DNA of 64,000 bases. Source: Macrostomum hystrix. Lineage: Eukaryota; Animalia; Platyhelminthes. Below the pieces are notes generated by a model that was not told the origin of the DNA, did no database searches, and saw only the letters and a program-made list of their open reading frames with translations. Where the stretch lies: the NCBI GenBank assembly GCA_950097015.1, contig CATNEN010000033.1, positions 4,836,001 to 4,900,000 of the forward strand, written 5' to 3'. The position numbers were made by a program, and so were the translations under genes. Below are positions 46,236 to 58,034 of this stretch, in pieces; position 1 is the stretch's first letter, and each line of letters begins with the position of its first letter.

Positions 46236-47869
46236 CACATCTCTCTTCCCCTATATTCTTCCCTTTCTGCTAACTTTATCTCCAATCTCCAATTTTAGAA
46301 ACAGTTTGGAACCCCATGGTTCAGGATGTTTACTTTAATTTTCCTTTGTTTCCTTACGGCTTCACAGCTAACTGTCTATTTCTCATCCCAAGGCGGTCGG
46401 AGATTCCCCTCAGCTGATTCTTAGAAAAGCAGCAGCGCTGCCTCGGTTCTATTTCTGCAACAAATCTCCCCTCAGCTTGAAGGATGGGACTTTGATCCGC
46501 TCCTCCTCAATAGCCGCTTCCCAGTCGATGATGCAATCTTTTCCTTTTTCCTTCTCTGAATATTTCTTCCGTGAGGTTGTATTCCCCTCTCGCCAGCCAA
46601 GTGGGGATATAAATTTTAGGGAGAGACTTTGGTGGGTGGAGCACCGGGGGGCTCAGAATGTTGTGAAGACCGACTGAAGTGGGACCCCGTCGACCTCTCG
46701 CCCTCTTTCCCGCCTTAACCCTCGCCTTCTATGGGCCAAACAACAGCCTCTAGAACTCCGCCATGAGCTGTTCTGAGCAGGTCTGAGCAGTGGTTGGCAA
46801 ACTGCATGCGATAAGTGAGTCCCGCAAGCTTTTAATATATAATTAGAATGCGGAATCTACCTGCCAAGCACCGCATGCAGCGGGAAGACGGGATAAAAAA
46901 CGAATTGTTAGTCGAAACTCTGACGGGATTTCAACCACATTGAAGTGGCCTGCGCGTCGTTGGGCTCGACATCTTCCGCGACACCCCGCCCCAGAATCCT
47001 CTCACCGGGCCGGGGGTTCCTAAATGCCTCCCCTCAGGGGCAAATATTGGGCTTCAGTGGCTTTGAAGTTAAATATGCTGACGCACAGAGAGGGCCTGCG
47101 GGATCTGATTAGCGGCCCCACAGCCACCTACCTGGACTCTCTTTGATACAACCTGAGAGTCTTATTTGCCCCTTAGCCCAGTTTGCAGTCCGGGTTGCTC
47201 AGGTTTTACCCGGCCTCGAGTTAATCGAAATCCGACCAAAAAACTGCCTCCAAAGTCAAAGAGTTGAGGCGCACAGGTGGGGAGGGGAGATAATTAAGTC
47301 CAACTCGCGGTAAAAAAAGCAGTGGGATTTCGGCTGGCCAAGTATGGCTCGCAGCGGAATTCGTTTGAGCAGACAAAATTGAGCAAATGTTTGTAGCGAG
47401 TCAAGCTCTGATAAGATTTCCCTGAGCAGACTCAAAGAAAGGCTTTTCCTGAGCTCATCTGAGCCCTCCGCCCCAAGCGAAATCGTAGCAAGCAACTCAC
47501 CTGTCCTGTCCTGATGACTCGCTGATGGAGTTCAAGCTGCATCTGCCGACTATAGAGCTGGGAGTCGCTGCTCGATTCTCCAGCAGCGCTTTCCGTTCTT
47601 ATCCGAGTCACTGAGGCCACTGGCCCGCGCACCTGACTGGCTAGCAGATTTTCCATTGGCTGGTGGGTGACACATCTCTCAACCAATGACAGGAGACCAG
47701 TTTTAATAGCCCCCAGTGTGCCATAGGCTTCACTGCCTTGTCGATGACATTTTTAGGGATGTGGCACCCAATGATGCTGTGGTGTGTAGCATTGGGACAC
47801 AAGATTATTAAGTGGGGTCTCTTATCGCCGTTATCAATCTGTTTTCTCGATTAACTATATTATTCCAAC

Positions 47870-48235
47870 TCTATCCCTCTCTCTTCTCTCCCCCCATTCA
47901 CCTCTCCCTTCCCTTCTCCTCTCCGCTCCCTTCTCCTATTATCTTCTCTCCTCTCTCCTCCTCTCTCTCCTCTCCCCTCCCTCCTTTTCCTCTCTCTCCA
48001 CTCTCTCCTTTCCCATCCCTTTTCCTCTCCCTTCTCTCCTCTCTCTCCTCTCTATCTCCTCTCTATCTCCTCTCTCTCCTCTCTCTCATTTCCCCTCCCT
48101 TCTCCTCTCTCTTCTCTCCTCTCTCTTCTCTCCTCTCTCTCCTCTCCCCTTCCTTCTCCTCTCTCTCTCCTCTCCCCTTCCTTCTCCTCTCTCTCTCCTC
48201 TCCCCTTCATTCTCCTCTCTCTCCTCTCCCTCCTA
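47870..48235. repeat. CT-rich low-complexity tract
   Basis: Almost pure C/T on the plus strand. Confidence 0.9.
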
Positions 48236-48814
48236 ATATCATAGAATCCAGAGCTACATCTATTTGAGAAGACCTTTCAAGAACTCAAACAGCTCACTTA
48301 GTCAATTCCTAAGTTGTGTTTAAGAGCTCAATCAGTTTTCACCTGTTTGTTTTAGCAAAAATCAATGTCAATCAAATTAAAACGATGATCGATATGTGAT
48401 TACTCATCTATCAGGCAATCACAGTCGAGTATAGAATATCTGGCCCAATACATGAATTATCTTGATTGCTAGCATAGGCACGAGGAACACACGAGATCGA
48501 TGAGACACCACTTGATTCTTCGGCGAAGCTTGAATCCATCGCCTATTGGGTACATTGTTTGCCGAGGGGGCTCTTCCAGCCAGACTGCGAGGCTGTGTGC
48601 TCGATGATCTAATAATCCCAGTCGAGGGCTAAACACGCAGGTTTCATTGGGAACAGAGAAAGACGGAAAGGGAGACAGCCCGAAAGCTGCTTGCATTGAT
48701 TTGTGGATTATTGAAGCCACGAATTTACACCTGCATGCAAACACACCTTTTTGAGTCGATAGGTCTATGAATATAATATGACCTCAGGGTCAGGAACTAA
48801 TGGAAATAGGATCT

Positions 48815-50122
48815 GGGGTATATGGAAACTAAAAAATATGGGAATTGAAGAAAATGGGAACTGAAGAATATTGGAACTGAAGGATATGGGAACTGAAGAA
48901 TATTGGAACTGAAGGATATGGGAACTGAAAAGTATTGGAACTGAAGGATATGGGAACTGAAGGATATGGGAATTGAAGAAAATGGGAACTGAAGAATATT
49001 GGAACTGAAGGATATGGGAACTGAAAAATATTGGAACTGAAGGATATGGGAACTGAAGGATATGGGAACTGAAGGATATGGGAACTGAAGGATATGGGAA
49101 CTGAAGGATATGGGAACTAAAGAATATTGGAACTGAAGGATATGGGAACTGAAAAATATTGGAACTGAAGGATATTGGAACTGAAGGATATGGGAACTGA
49201 AGGATATGGGAACTGAAGGATATGGGAACTAAAGAATATTGGAACTGAAGGATATGGGAACTGAAGGATATGGGAACTGTAGGATATGGGAACTGAAGGC
49301 AATGGGAACTGAAGGCAATGGGAACTGAAGGCAATGGGAACTGTAGGATATGGGAACTGAAGGCAATGGGAACTGAAGGATATGGGAACTGAAGGATATG
49401 GGAACTGAAAGATATGGGAACTGAAATATATGGGAACTGAAGGATATGGGAACTGAAGGCAATGGGAACTGAACGATATGGGAACTGAAAGATATGGTGA
49501 ACTGAAAGGAATGGGAGCTGAAGGATATGGGAGCTGAAGGATATGGGAGCTGAAGGATATGGGAGCTGAAGGATATGGGAGCTGAAGGATATGGGAACTG
49601 AAGGATATGGGAACTGAAGGATATGGGAACTGAAGGCAATGGGAACTGAAGGATTTGGGAACTGAAGGATATGGGAACTGAAGGATATGGGAACTGAAGG
49701 ATATGGGAACTGAAGGCAATGGGAACTGAAGGATATGGGAACTGAAGGATATGGGAACTGAAGGATATGGGAACTGAAGGATATGGGAACTGAAGGATAT
49801 GGGAACTGAAGGATATGGGAACTGAAGGATATGGGATCTGACGGATATGGGAACTGAAGGATATGGGAACTAAAGGATATGGGAACTGAAGGATATGGGA
49901 ACTGAAGGATATGGGAACTGAAGGATATAGGAACTGAAGGATATGGGAACTGAAGGATATGGGAACTGAAGGCAATGGGAACTGAAGGATATGGGAACTG
50001 AAGGATATGGGAACTGAAGGATATGGGAACTGAAGGATGTGGGAACTGAAGGATGTGGGAACTGAAAGATATGGGAACTGAAAGATATGGGAACTGAAGG
50101 ATATGGGAACTGAAGGATATGG
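48815..50122. repeat. 16-bp minisatellite (GATATGGGAACTGAAG), about 80 copies
   Basis: Period 16. Confidence 0.97.
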
Positions 50123-50821
50123 GTGCGTGAATCGAGTGATCTTTGAGCAGGACGGGCCATGGAGGCTGGTGATGCTGTCCTGGCTCTAATAAGGCAGGTA
50201 AATTCCAAGCTAATTTACGATTGCGCAAGCCAAGCTGTGAGCTCATTCTCAGCCGCAACAGCGTGCAGCTTCATCCAGCTAGGAGGCACGTTGCGGTCTG
50301 CTCAGCAGGGGGAATGTTCTAAAAAAAATTTAGACTGAATTTACTAGCCTCCCAGTTGTGAGATGGTGAGCAGAGCTGCTCAGCGAAGGAGGGCAGTTCT
50401 AGTGCAGCAATTCAACAGAATTCTCACAGCCACGGCTCCTGCGCTCTTTTGATGGTCGTTCCTTTTGCATTCCCTCTGTCTCCTTTCTCTTTATCCCATC
50501 TTCTTCCTGAGAAGGAACATCTGCCAGCGGTTGCCCGAGGTCTCTATTTTGTCCCAGCAACTCCCGTCCTCCGTCACCGCAGCCTGACCCGATCCGAGCC
50601 CTCATCGTGTCCCAGTTTCTTTTACTCCCCACAAAAATAGGATCAGCAAGGAGCAGCTGAGTCACAAACAGGCTGCTTTATTTCATCATGTCTCTCCGGC
50701 TCTGATGTCTGTAATCAGTTTGCTGCTTCTGCTGGGACTGCTTTGGCTGCCAGCCTGTTCTGTTGCGGTTTCTGCTCTGATGCCTGTCTTCTGACAGTTT
50801 ATCCTATCACACATGTGCTCC

Positions 50822-51312
50822 CTCCTGTCTTCTCACTCTCTACCAGATCTCCTCACTCTCTCCCAGATCTTCTCACTCTCTCCGAGATCTTCTCACTCTC
50901 TCCCAGATCTTCTCACTCTCCCCCAGATATTCTCACTCTCTCCCAGATCTTCTCACTCTCTCCCAGATCTTCTCACTCTCTCCCACATCTTCTCACTCTC
51001 TCCCACATCTTCTCACTCTCTCTCACATCTTCTCACTCTCTCTCACATCTTCTCACTCTCTCCGAGATCTTCTCACTCTCTCCCAGATCTTCTCACTCTC
51101 TCCCAGATCTCCTCACTCTCTCCGAGATCTTCTCACTCTCTCCCAGATCTTCTCACTCTCTCCCAGATATTCTCACTCTCTCCCAGATATTCTCACTCTC
51201 TCCCAGATATTCTCACTCTCTCCCAGATATTCTCACTCTCTCCCAGATATTCTCACTCTCTCCCAGATCTTCTCACTCTCTCCCAGATCTTCTCACTCTC
51301 TCCCAGATCTCC
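50822..51312. repeat. 20-bp minisatellite (TCTCACTCTCTCCCAGATCT), about 24 copies
   Basis: Period 20. Confidence 0.96.
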
Positions 51313-52237
51313 TCTCCTCCCAGTTCAGTCTGTTCAGTCTGTGAGCTGGCAAAATTCAGTATCAATTGACTAAGGCTGTAAAATTGCTCAATCATCAGGT
51401 GGCTTTCGTTCTGTCTCTTTGAGTTCGGCTGAGCTGAGCAGGTTCGTTCGCCTATCCAGCGGTGATTTGGCGCAGGCGGAGAAGCAATTCTCAAATCCCT
51501 CTAAACAGACTCAATTGAGCAATTTTCTTTTGATTTTGCCTGAGCACACGAAAGCCGGCCGGATCAAGGGGCATGCTAGCTGGGTGTGGCTTGATTGCCA
51601 GTTGTCAGAACAGAACCCGGCTGCAATTAACTAGCATTCAATCTCGGCCTCGGCCGGGGCAGCTCCCATGGGTGCCACCTGCGGCTGCCACCGCCCTGAG
51701 CACAGAACAGATTGGGAAACGGACTGGGGGTCTCAGGTTGCTCAATAGGGAAAAGCATTTTTTTCAGTGGTTTTGTGACCGGCTGGTTAATAATAATAAC
51801 AAATATTCGCAGCGGACTGTGGGCAATGATGAATAAATTGGCCACAGTCGATCAGCAGCCAGCGAAGAGGTGATTCTACCCATTCTGCTGACTCCTAGGC
51901 ATCATTTTTAATTATAGCATTCCATACTTTTTCCATGCCTTCATACTACTCACAAAAGTTTATCAGTAGTATCGTAGGTAAATTCAAGCAGTGGGATTGA
52001 AGTCTCGAAAAGAAGTTACATTTTTTTTCCAGAAGTTCGAATAAGAAAAACGAGTTGTTGTCATTGCCATAGTAACCCATTTGAAAGTGCGAATTATTTT
52101 GGCGATTTTCCTTCACAAGAACACCCATCACGCCATGGCATTGACTGAAACAGTTTTTTTTTATTTTTTAAGTTTTTTAAAACTTTTTTCCCTTTTTAAT
52201 TTTGCCTAAAGTATAGCACTTGGTGCATAGTGAAGAG

Positions 52238-52420
52238 ATTTGAGGGTCAGGGAGTGGGGTGGGTGCACTGTCGAGGGATTTGAGGGTCAGGGAGCGAGGT
52301 GGGTGTTCTTTGGGGGTTTGAGGGTCAGGGAGTGGGGTGGGTGTTCTTTGGGGGTTTGAGGGTCAGGGAGTGGGGTGGGTGTTCTTTGGGGGTTTAAGGG
52401 TCAGGGAGTGAGGTGGGTAC
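52238..52420. repeat. About 38-bp G-rich tandem repeat, 4-5 copies
   Basis: GAGGGTCAGGGAGTGGGGTGGGTGTTCTTTGGGGGTTT units. Confidence 0.9.
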
Positions 52421-52605
52421 GGAGGGTGTTAGTCTATGAGGATCATATGATGGGTTCATAGTTACATGAGTCGGCCGGGGTAGCAGAGTATCAAAGAGTT
52501 CAAGCAGCTGCAAAACTCAGTCCTGTGCCTATCTATGTTCGCACACAGGCCTCGGCCTTAGCCAATCACGATCAAAGAACTCCAGACAGGCAGAAAACAC
52601 GGTCG

Positions 52606-53118
52606 TCAGCGGCAGGCGTGGGTCAGCCACACCCAGGCATTCGCGTGGCTCATCGCGGCAGTCCACTGCCGCATGGCGGAGCTGCAGCTGGCCAGCGAGA
52701 AGTCGCCCAGCAGGACTCGGCCCGCCGGTCGCTGCTCGTTGCCAATAGCAACGCACACAAGGACGCCAACGTTGGCCGCCTGCAGCCGGGCATTGTCTAT
52801 GGCCAGAACTGGCGCCGGTTCTGACCAGTCGAAGACGTGAGCCGACCGGTCGACTGAAGGCTTGGCAGCGAGGCGGACGGCATTGTCGGCAGTCGGCTTC
52901 GATTGATCAGCCGGTACCACGGCGATTGTGGCAGTCACTGGAGCCACGCAGCCACTGGCATCGAGGTCGAAGACTTCGATCAGGCGGACGCAGACAGAGG
53001 ACAGCTGGCTGCCGGGGCTGAATAGCAGGCCCAGGTGCAGGCGTGGCAGTCCGCATGTCGGCATCAGCGGGAACTGCAGCGGCCGCAGCTGTCGCCACTG
53101 GACGGTGCGGTTGACATG
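52606..53118 (-). CDS. Synaptotagmin-like protein, last exon (C2B domain); exact acceptor uncertain
   Basis: LPRLHLGLLFSPGSQLSSVCVRLIEVFDL and GRVLLGD...SSAMRQWTAAMSHANAWVWLTH resemble the start and end of synaptotagmin C2B. Confidence 0.7.
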   Translation of the reverse strand, partial: HVNRTVQWRQLRPLQFPLMPTCGLPRLHLGLLFSPGSQLSSVCVRLIEVFDLDASGCVAPVTATIAVVPADQSKPTADNAVRLAAKPSVDRSAHVFDWSEPAPVLAIDNARLQAANVGVLVCVAIGNEQRPAGRVLLGDFSLASCSSAMRQWTAAMSHANAWVWLTHACR

Positions 53119-53146
53119 CTCAGCGATTTCAGCTTGTGTAAAACTT

Positions 53147-53282
53147 CTCACCTCATCCTCTACCCTTTCTCACCTCATCCTCTATCCTTTCTCACCTCAT
53201 CCTCTACCCTTTCTCACCTCATCCTCTACCCTTTCTCACCTCATCCTCTACCCTTTCTCACCTCATCCTCTACCCTTTCTTC
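53147..53282. repeat. 22-bp minisatellite (TCTCACCTCATCCTCTACCCTT), about 6 copies
   Basis: Period 22. Confidence 0.92.
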
Positions 53283-53494
53283 CCTTATTTGCAAAAATTT
53301 CTTTTCCCCATCGTCTTTTATTTCTCCCAAATCGGATACTGTTTCGATCGCCAAATGCGCTATCATATCTCCTCTCATCCTGTACCATTTCTCCCAACTG
53401 CTGCCATTTCTCCCATTCACTACCATTTCTCCCCTCATCCTCTATCATTTCTCCCCATGCCATGCCATGCCTACGATATCTGATCTCTCCTCAC

Positions 53495-53919
53495 CCGAGT
53501 GTCAGCTCTGTCGACGCCCAACACAGCTGGACCGGCAGCCACCTCGGCGCTGAACTCCATCAGCGGCTCGTTGACCAGGTGCAGGGGAAAGCGCAGCTCT
53601 CCAATCGGCAGCCGGCGGTGGCATCCCGCCTGCTCACGAGCAGCCCAGACGGTTAAGGTCAGGCGTCTCTGGTGCGGCAGCTGCGACGACAGCCGGCCCA
53701 CATTCAGGCGCAGGCTGGCGACGTAGTCGATGGTGTCCGTCTGCCAGCTAGCGGCGGCTGCCACCTGCTGGCGGCTGATCCGCCCGGAGTCCCGCCGTGT
53801 CAGGCCGGCCTCGATGCGCCACTGCTGAGCGCCGCTGCCGCCGGCTATCTCAATGACACACAGCCAGCTCTGCCTGTCCAGCTGGGTGCCTTCGGGTGAG
53901 GGGAAGCTTTGGCCTTTGA
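53495..53919 (-). CDS. Synaptotagmin-like protein, exon 3 (rest of C2A)
   Basis: RLTLTVWAA...LPIGELRFPL resembles C2A terminal strands; acceptor phase 1, donor GTGAGG at 53494. Confidence 0.68.
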
Positions 53920-54164
53920 CTGGCATGGACGAGACTGAATCCGCAACTACTCTCTGTTCACCACTCTCTCTACCCTCTATCCTACTCTCTAATCTTTAGT
54001 CGGAGTCCCGCTCTACACTCCCCCACTCTGTACTCTCCCATTCGCTCACCTACGCTCTCTGAATATCTCATCACACTACTATCAGTAGCGTCGCTAAGAA
54101 ATTTCCCTCAAAACTTCTCTAAAGCTAAGATTCTGAATTGCACCAGTGCGTCACATGCGAAGCA

Positions 54165-54339
54165 GAGGCACAGCTGAGGCACAGCTGAGGCACAGGTGAG
54201 GCACAGCTGAGGCACAGGTGAGGCACAGGTGAGGCACAGGTGAGGCACAGGTGAGGCACAGCTGAGGCACAGGTGAGGCACAGGTGAGGCACAGGTGAGG
54301 CACAGCTGAGGCACAGGTGAGGCACAGGTGAGGCACCTG
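54165..54339. repeat. 11-bp minisatellite (GAGGCACAGGT / GAGGCACAGCT), about 16 copies
   Basis: Period 11; a CANNTG at each unit junction. Confidence 0.96.
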
Positions 54340-54347
54340 TCACTCAC

Positions 54348-54812
54348 TGGGCGGCTTAGCTTCGAACCGCAGCCGAAAGCCGTACAGATAGAGAATTCCC
54401 TCGGCCAGGTCCAGCTTTGTGCACATCCGCAGCTCGGCCAGTCCGCCAATAGAAACGGCCTCGTCCGGATCGTTGCCTTCAGCGCCGAGCTCCTCGCTCT
54501 GGCTGTCGTTGACATTGTCGATTCTGTCCAGCTGATCGGAGCTGGCGAATTTGGCAGCGCCGCAATTCGCATCTCCTGTTGCCAGGCTGCACCGTCGGGT
54601 GGTTGGCGCCGACTGCGCCTCGGCGGAGGAGCTCACGGAGGAGCTCACGGAGGAGCTCAGCCTTCTCTGCCGCCTCCGGCACGACAGCTTCACGGACGCG
54701 GAGGAAGATGTGACAGCGATGGCCGCAATCACGGCGATGAGTACAGCTGAGCACAGAAGGCCGGTGAGAATGAGCAGATGGCTGCTGCTGCCGCCTGGTT
54801 CTGATGAAACTG
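54348..54812 (-). CDS. Synaptotagmin-like protein, exon 2 (TM helix, linker, start of C2A)
   Basis: Extending the track ORF upstream gives LLILTGLLCSAVLIAVIAAIAV then basic RRRQRR; LAELRMCTKLDLAEGILYLYGFRLRF C2 strands; donor GTGAGT at 54347. Confidence 0.7.
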
Positions 54813-54861
54813 CTGTGCGGGGAGACTGTAGCTGCTGTGAGACTGCCGGGGATGCGAACTC

Positions 54862-55947
54862 AGGATTAAGAATAGTGGAGGATGTGACCTGGGGATTAAA
54901 AGAGTCGTGGAGGCTGTGAACTGGGGATTAAGAATGGTGGAGGGTGTGAACTGGGGATTAAGAATGGTGGAGGGTGTGAACTGGGGATTAAGAATGGTGG
55001 AGGGTGTGAACTGGGGATTAAGAATGGTGGAGGGTGTGAACTGGGGATTAAAAGAGTCGTGGAGGCTGTGAACTGGGGATTAAAAATGGTAGAGGGTGTG
55101 AACTGGGGATTAAGAATGGTGGAGGCTGTGAACTGGGGATTAAGAATGGTAGAGGGTGTGAACTGGGGATTAAGAATGGTGGAGGCTGTGAACTGGGGAT
55201 TAAGAATGGTAGAGGGTGTGAACTGGGGATTAAGAATGGTGGAGGCTGTGAACTGGGGATTAAGAATGGTGGAGGGTGTGAACTGGGGATCAAGAATCGT
55301 GGACGGCGTGAACTGGGGATTAAAAGAGTCGTGGAGGCTGTGAACTGGGGATTAAGAATGGTGGAGGGTGTGAACTGGGGATTAAGAATGGTGGAGGCTG
55401 TGAACAGGGGATTAAGAATGGTGGAGGGTGTGAACAGGGGATTAAGAATGGTGGAGGGTGTGAACTGGGGATTAAGAATGGTGAAGGGCGTGAACTGGGG
55501 ATCAAGAATCGTGGAGGGCGTGAACTGAGGATTAAGAGTCGTGTAGGGTGTGAACTGGGGATTAAGAATGGTGGAGGGTGTGAACTGGGGATTAAGAATG
55601 GTGGAGGGTGTGAACTGGGGATTAAGAATGGTGGAGGGTGTGAACTGGGGATTAAGAATGGTGGAGGGTGTGAACTGGGGATTAAGAATGGTGGAGGCTG
55701 TGAACAGGGGATAAAGAATGGTGGAGGGTGTGAACTGGGGATTAAGAATGGTGGAGGGTGTGAACTGGGGATCAAGAATGGTGGAGGGTGTGAACTGGGG
55801 ATTAAGAATGGTGGAGGCTGTGAACAGGGGATTAAGAATGGTGGAGGGTGTGAACAGGGGATTAAGAATGGTGAAGGGCGTGAACTGGGGATCAAGAATC
55901 GTGGAGGGCGTGAACTGAGGATTAAGAGTCGCGTAGGGTGTGAACTT
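54862..55947. repeat. 30-bp minisatellite (GGGATTAAGAATGGTGGAGGGTGTGAACTG), about 36 copies
   Basis: Period 30. Confidence 0.97.
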
Positions 55948-56011
55948 AGAAGTCAGTGTGTGAGATCAGTTGATCGCTGATCTAATCGTAGAATAAATTA
56001 GCTCATCTCAC

Positions 56012-56075
56012 CTTTGAAGCCGCGACGTTCGTCTCCCGCCTCCGTCCCATTCGCATAGTCTATGGCCAGACTCAT
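56012..56075 (-). CDS. Synaptotagmin-like protein, candidate first coding exon (MSLAIDYANGTEAGDERRGFK)
   Basis: ATG at 56075, donor AAAG|GTGAGA at 56011, phase 1 matches the acceptor at 54813. Confidence 0.45.
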
Positions 56076-56671
56076 TGGGCTGCGAGTCGAATCGGGAGTT
56101 GCTTGTCAACAGAATAAAAGTGTAGTAGCATGAGTTGTTTGTCCTAAGCCGCCCGCTCGTAAGATAACTGGCCGGTGTAGCCCACCCACAGAAGTGTCTC
56201 TAGCGCCAGGCAGAGCCACAGATATTATAAGCTGAAATCCTTCCCGACTCTTATCTAAACTGTGAGCATACCTGAGCTCGGGTGGGGGTTGGGGACTCGA
56301 GAGTTTTGTTGCCATGTAAGCAGCAAGTACCCGAATAGGGAACTTAACTCGGGGCTGGTATAAAAGTGCACTGATTGGTGTATTGTGACAGCGATTTCAA
56401 CAAAGCAGATTCCAATATTCGAATAACAAGCCATTTTCCCGCCCGGTTTAGTAACCAAGTGGATTTTTCGCTGCAGCTGCAGTGCGTACTCAAACTGGCG
56501 CGATCCGTTGAATATCTAGAAGCTCCGATGAGGCAGACACGTGTGGTCAACTAGCAGGTGCAGTTCAACAGTAGAAAGATCACTGGGGTATTTCAAATAC
56601 CCACATTCTTCCTGTATCTTCCAGAATATTCAACCAGTCGCCATGAAAATCTTGAACATAGGCTAGAATTA

Positions 56672-56980
56672 TTAAAAAAATAGTAATAATAATTGCGGGA
56701 GGGCTGCGGGCAATGGCACATCATTTTGGTGACTCCTGATACTGTACGCAGGCATACGCTCACACAGGTGTGTACACCTGCCCTGACTTTCTTATCGTCA
56801 GGCAGTGTACACTTTCACTGTGCCTTGGAGGTTGGCCCTCAAGGGCGTAGATTGCACGACAAGCCCCCAAGCCTTCTCTCCGCGGCTGCGCCCCAAATAA
56901 ATGTGGCCTCGCCGTGGAATCGAACTTAGGGACCTTGGTGCGAGAGGCAAACGCGTTAACCGCTCTGCCACCGACCCCCC
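56672..56980 (-). mobile_element. tRNA-derived SINE (second family)
   Basis: A box TGGCAGAGCGG (56970-56960), B box AGTTCGATTCC (56926-56916), non-tRNA body, ATT/T-rich tail at 56693-56672. Confidence 0.65.
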
Positions 56981-57399
56981 TACACGGACCGACCATTTGC
57001 TATGTGTAGCTTGGCGATCCCCTCTCTGAGTGCCTCTTCGGTACTTCCATGCTGGTAAAGTTCCCACCAACCTTAGGTGTTATCAAATTTCATTCGATCG
57101 AATACCCTTATTATTGAATGAGTGAAATTAAAAAAGATGCAGACTATCGCAGAAAAACATGTTTCCGGAAAGAAGATGCTGTGTCGCCTGCTGGTTCCGA
57201 CTGCAGTTCAGTGCCAGGTGTTACGCAATCAGCCACAACACACTTAGTCAGCAGTATTTCATTATCTGTGTCAGACAGGCGGACCAAATTCTTCTTCTGG
57301 CGCTGATGTTTGCAAAACAGTCGCCATGCCAAGTGATCTGCGATTCTGATCCCAACGCAAATCTTTGGGGAAGATACCAAAATACGGGTGGTTAGCTTT

Positions 57400-57413
57400 G
57401 TTGTCATGGCAAC
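57400..57413. promoter_or_regulatory. Candidate RFX X-box (GTTGTCATGGCAAC)
   Basis: 13/14 match to the palindrome GTTGCCATGGCAAC, between two divergently oriented genes. Confidence 0.4.
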
Positions 57414-57496
57414 ATAATCTGCTACTGGATTTTCGACCCAGTTAAGGATACGAGCGTATTGCACAAAAGTTTGAGAATAAGCATTTAAAGATGGAT

Positions 57497-58034
57497 AGAT
57501 TGTAGTCACTAGATTGTAGTCACTAGATTGTAGTCACTAGATTGTAGTCACTAGATTGTAGTCACTAGATTGTAGTCACTAGATTGTAGTCACTAGATTG
57601 TAGTCACTAGATTGTAGTCACTAGATTGTAGTCACTAGATTGTAGTCACTAGATTGTAGTCACTAGATTGTAGTCACTAGATTGTAGTCACTAGATTGTA
57701 GTCACTAGATTGTAGTCACTAGATTGTAGTCACTAGATTGTAGTCACTAGATTGTAGTCACTAGATTGTAGTCACTAGATTGTAGTCACTAGATTGTAGT
57801 CACTAGATTGTAGTCACTAGATTGTAGTCACTAGATTGTAGTCACTAGATTGTAGTCACTAGATTGTAGTCACTAGATTGTAGTCACTAGATTGTAGTCA
57901 CTAGATTGTAGTCACTAGATTGTAGTCACTAGATTGTAGTCACTAGATTGTAGTCACTAGATTGTAGTCACTAGATTGTAGTCACTAGATTGTAGTCACT
58001 AGATTGTAGTCACTAGATTGTAATCACTAGATTG
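57497..58034. repeat. 14-bp minisatellite (TAGATTGTAGTCAC), about 38 essentially identical copies, followed by 7-bp TCTAGT(T/C/G) repeats to about 58142
   Basis: Period 14. Confidence 0.98.

Noticed and set aside
7921-55947. Correlation between array purine strand and transcription direction
   Set aside because: Arrays inside the same gene show both polarities
57118-57509. Overlapping 62-121-aa ORFs between the Syt-like and HS3ST genes
   Set aside because: No motifs; lengths within chance expectation
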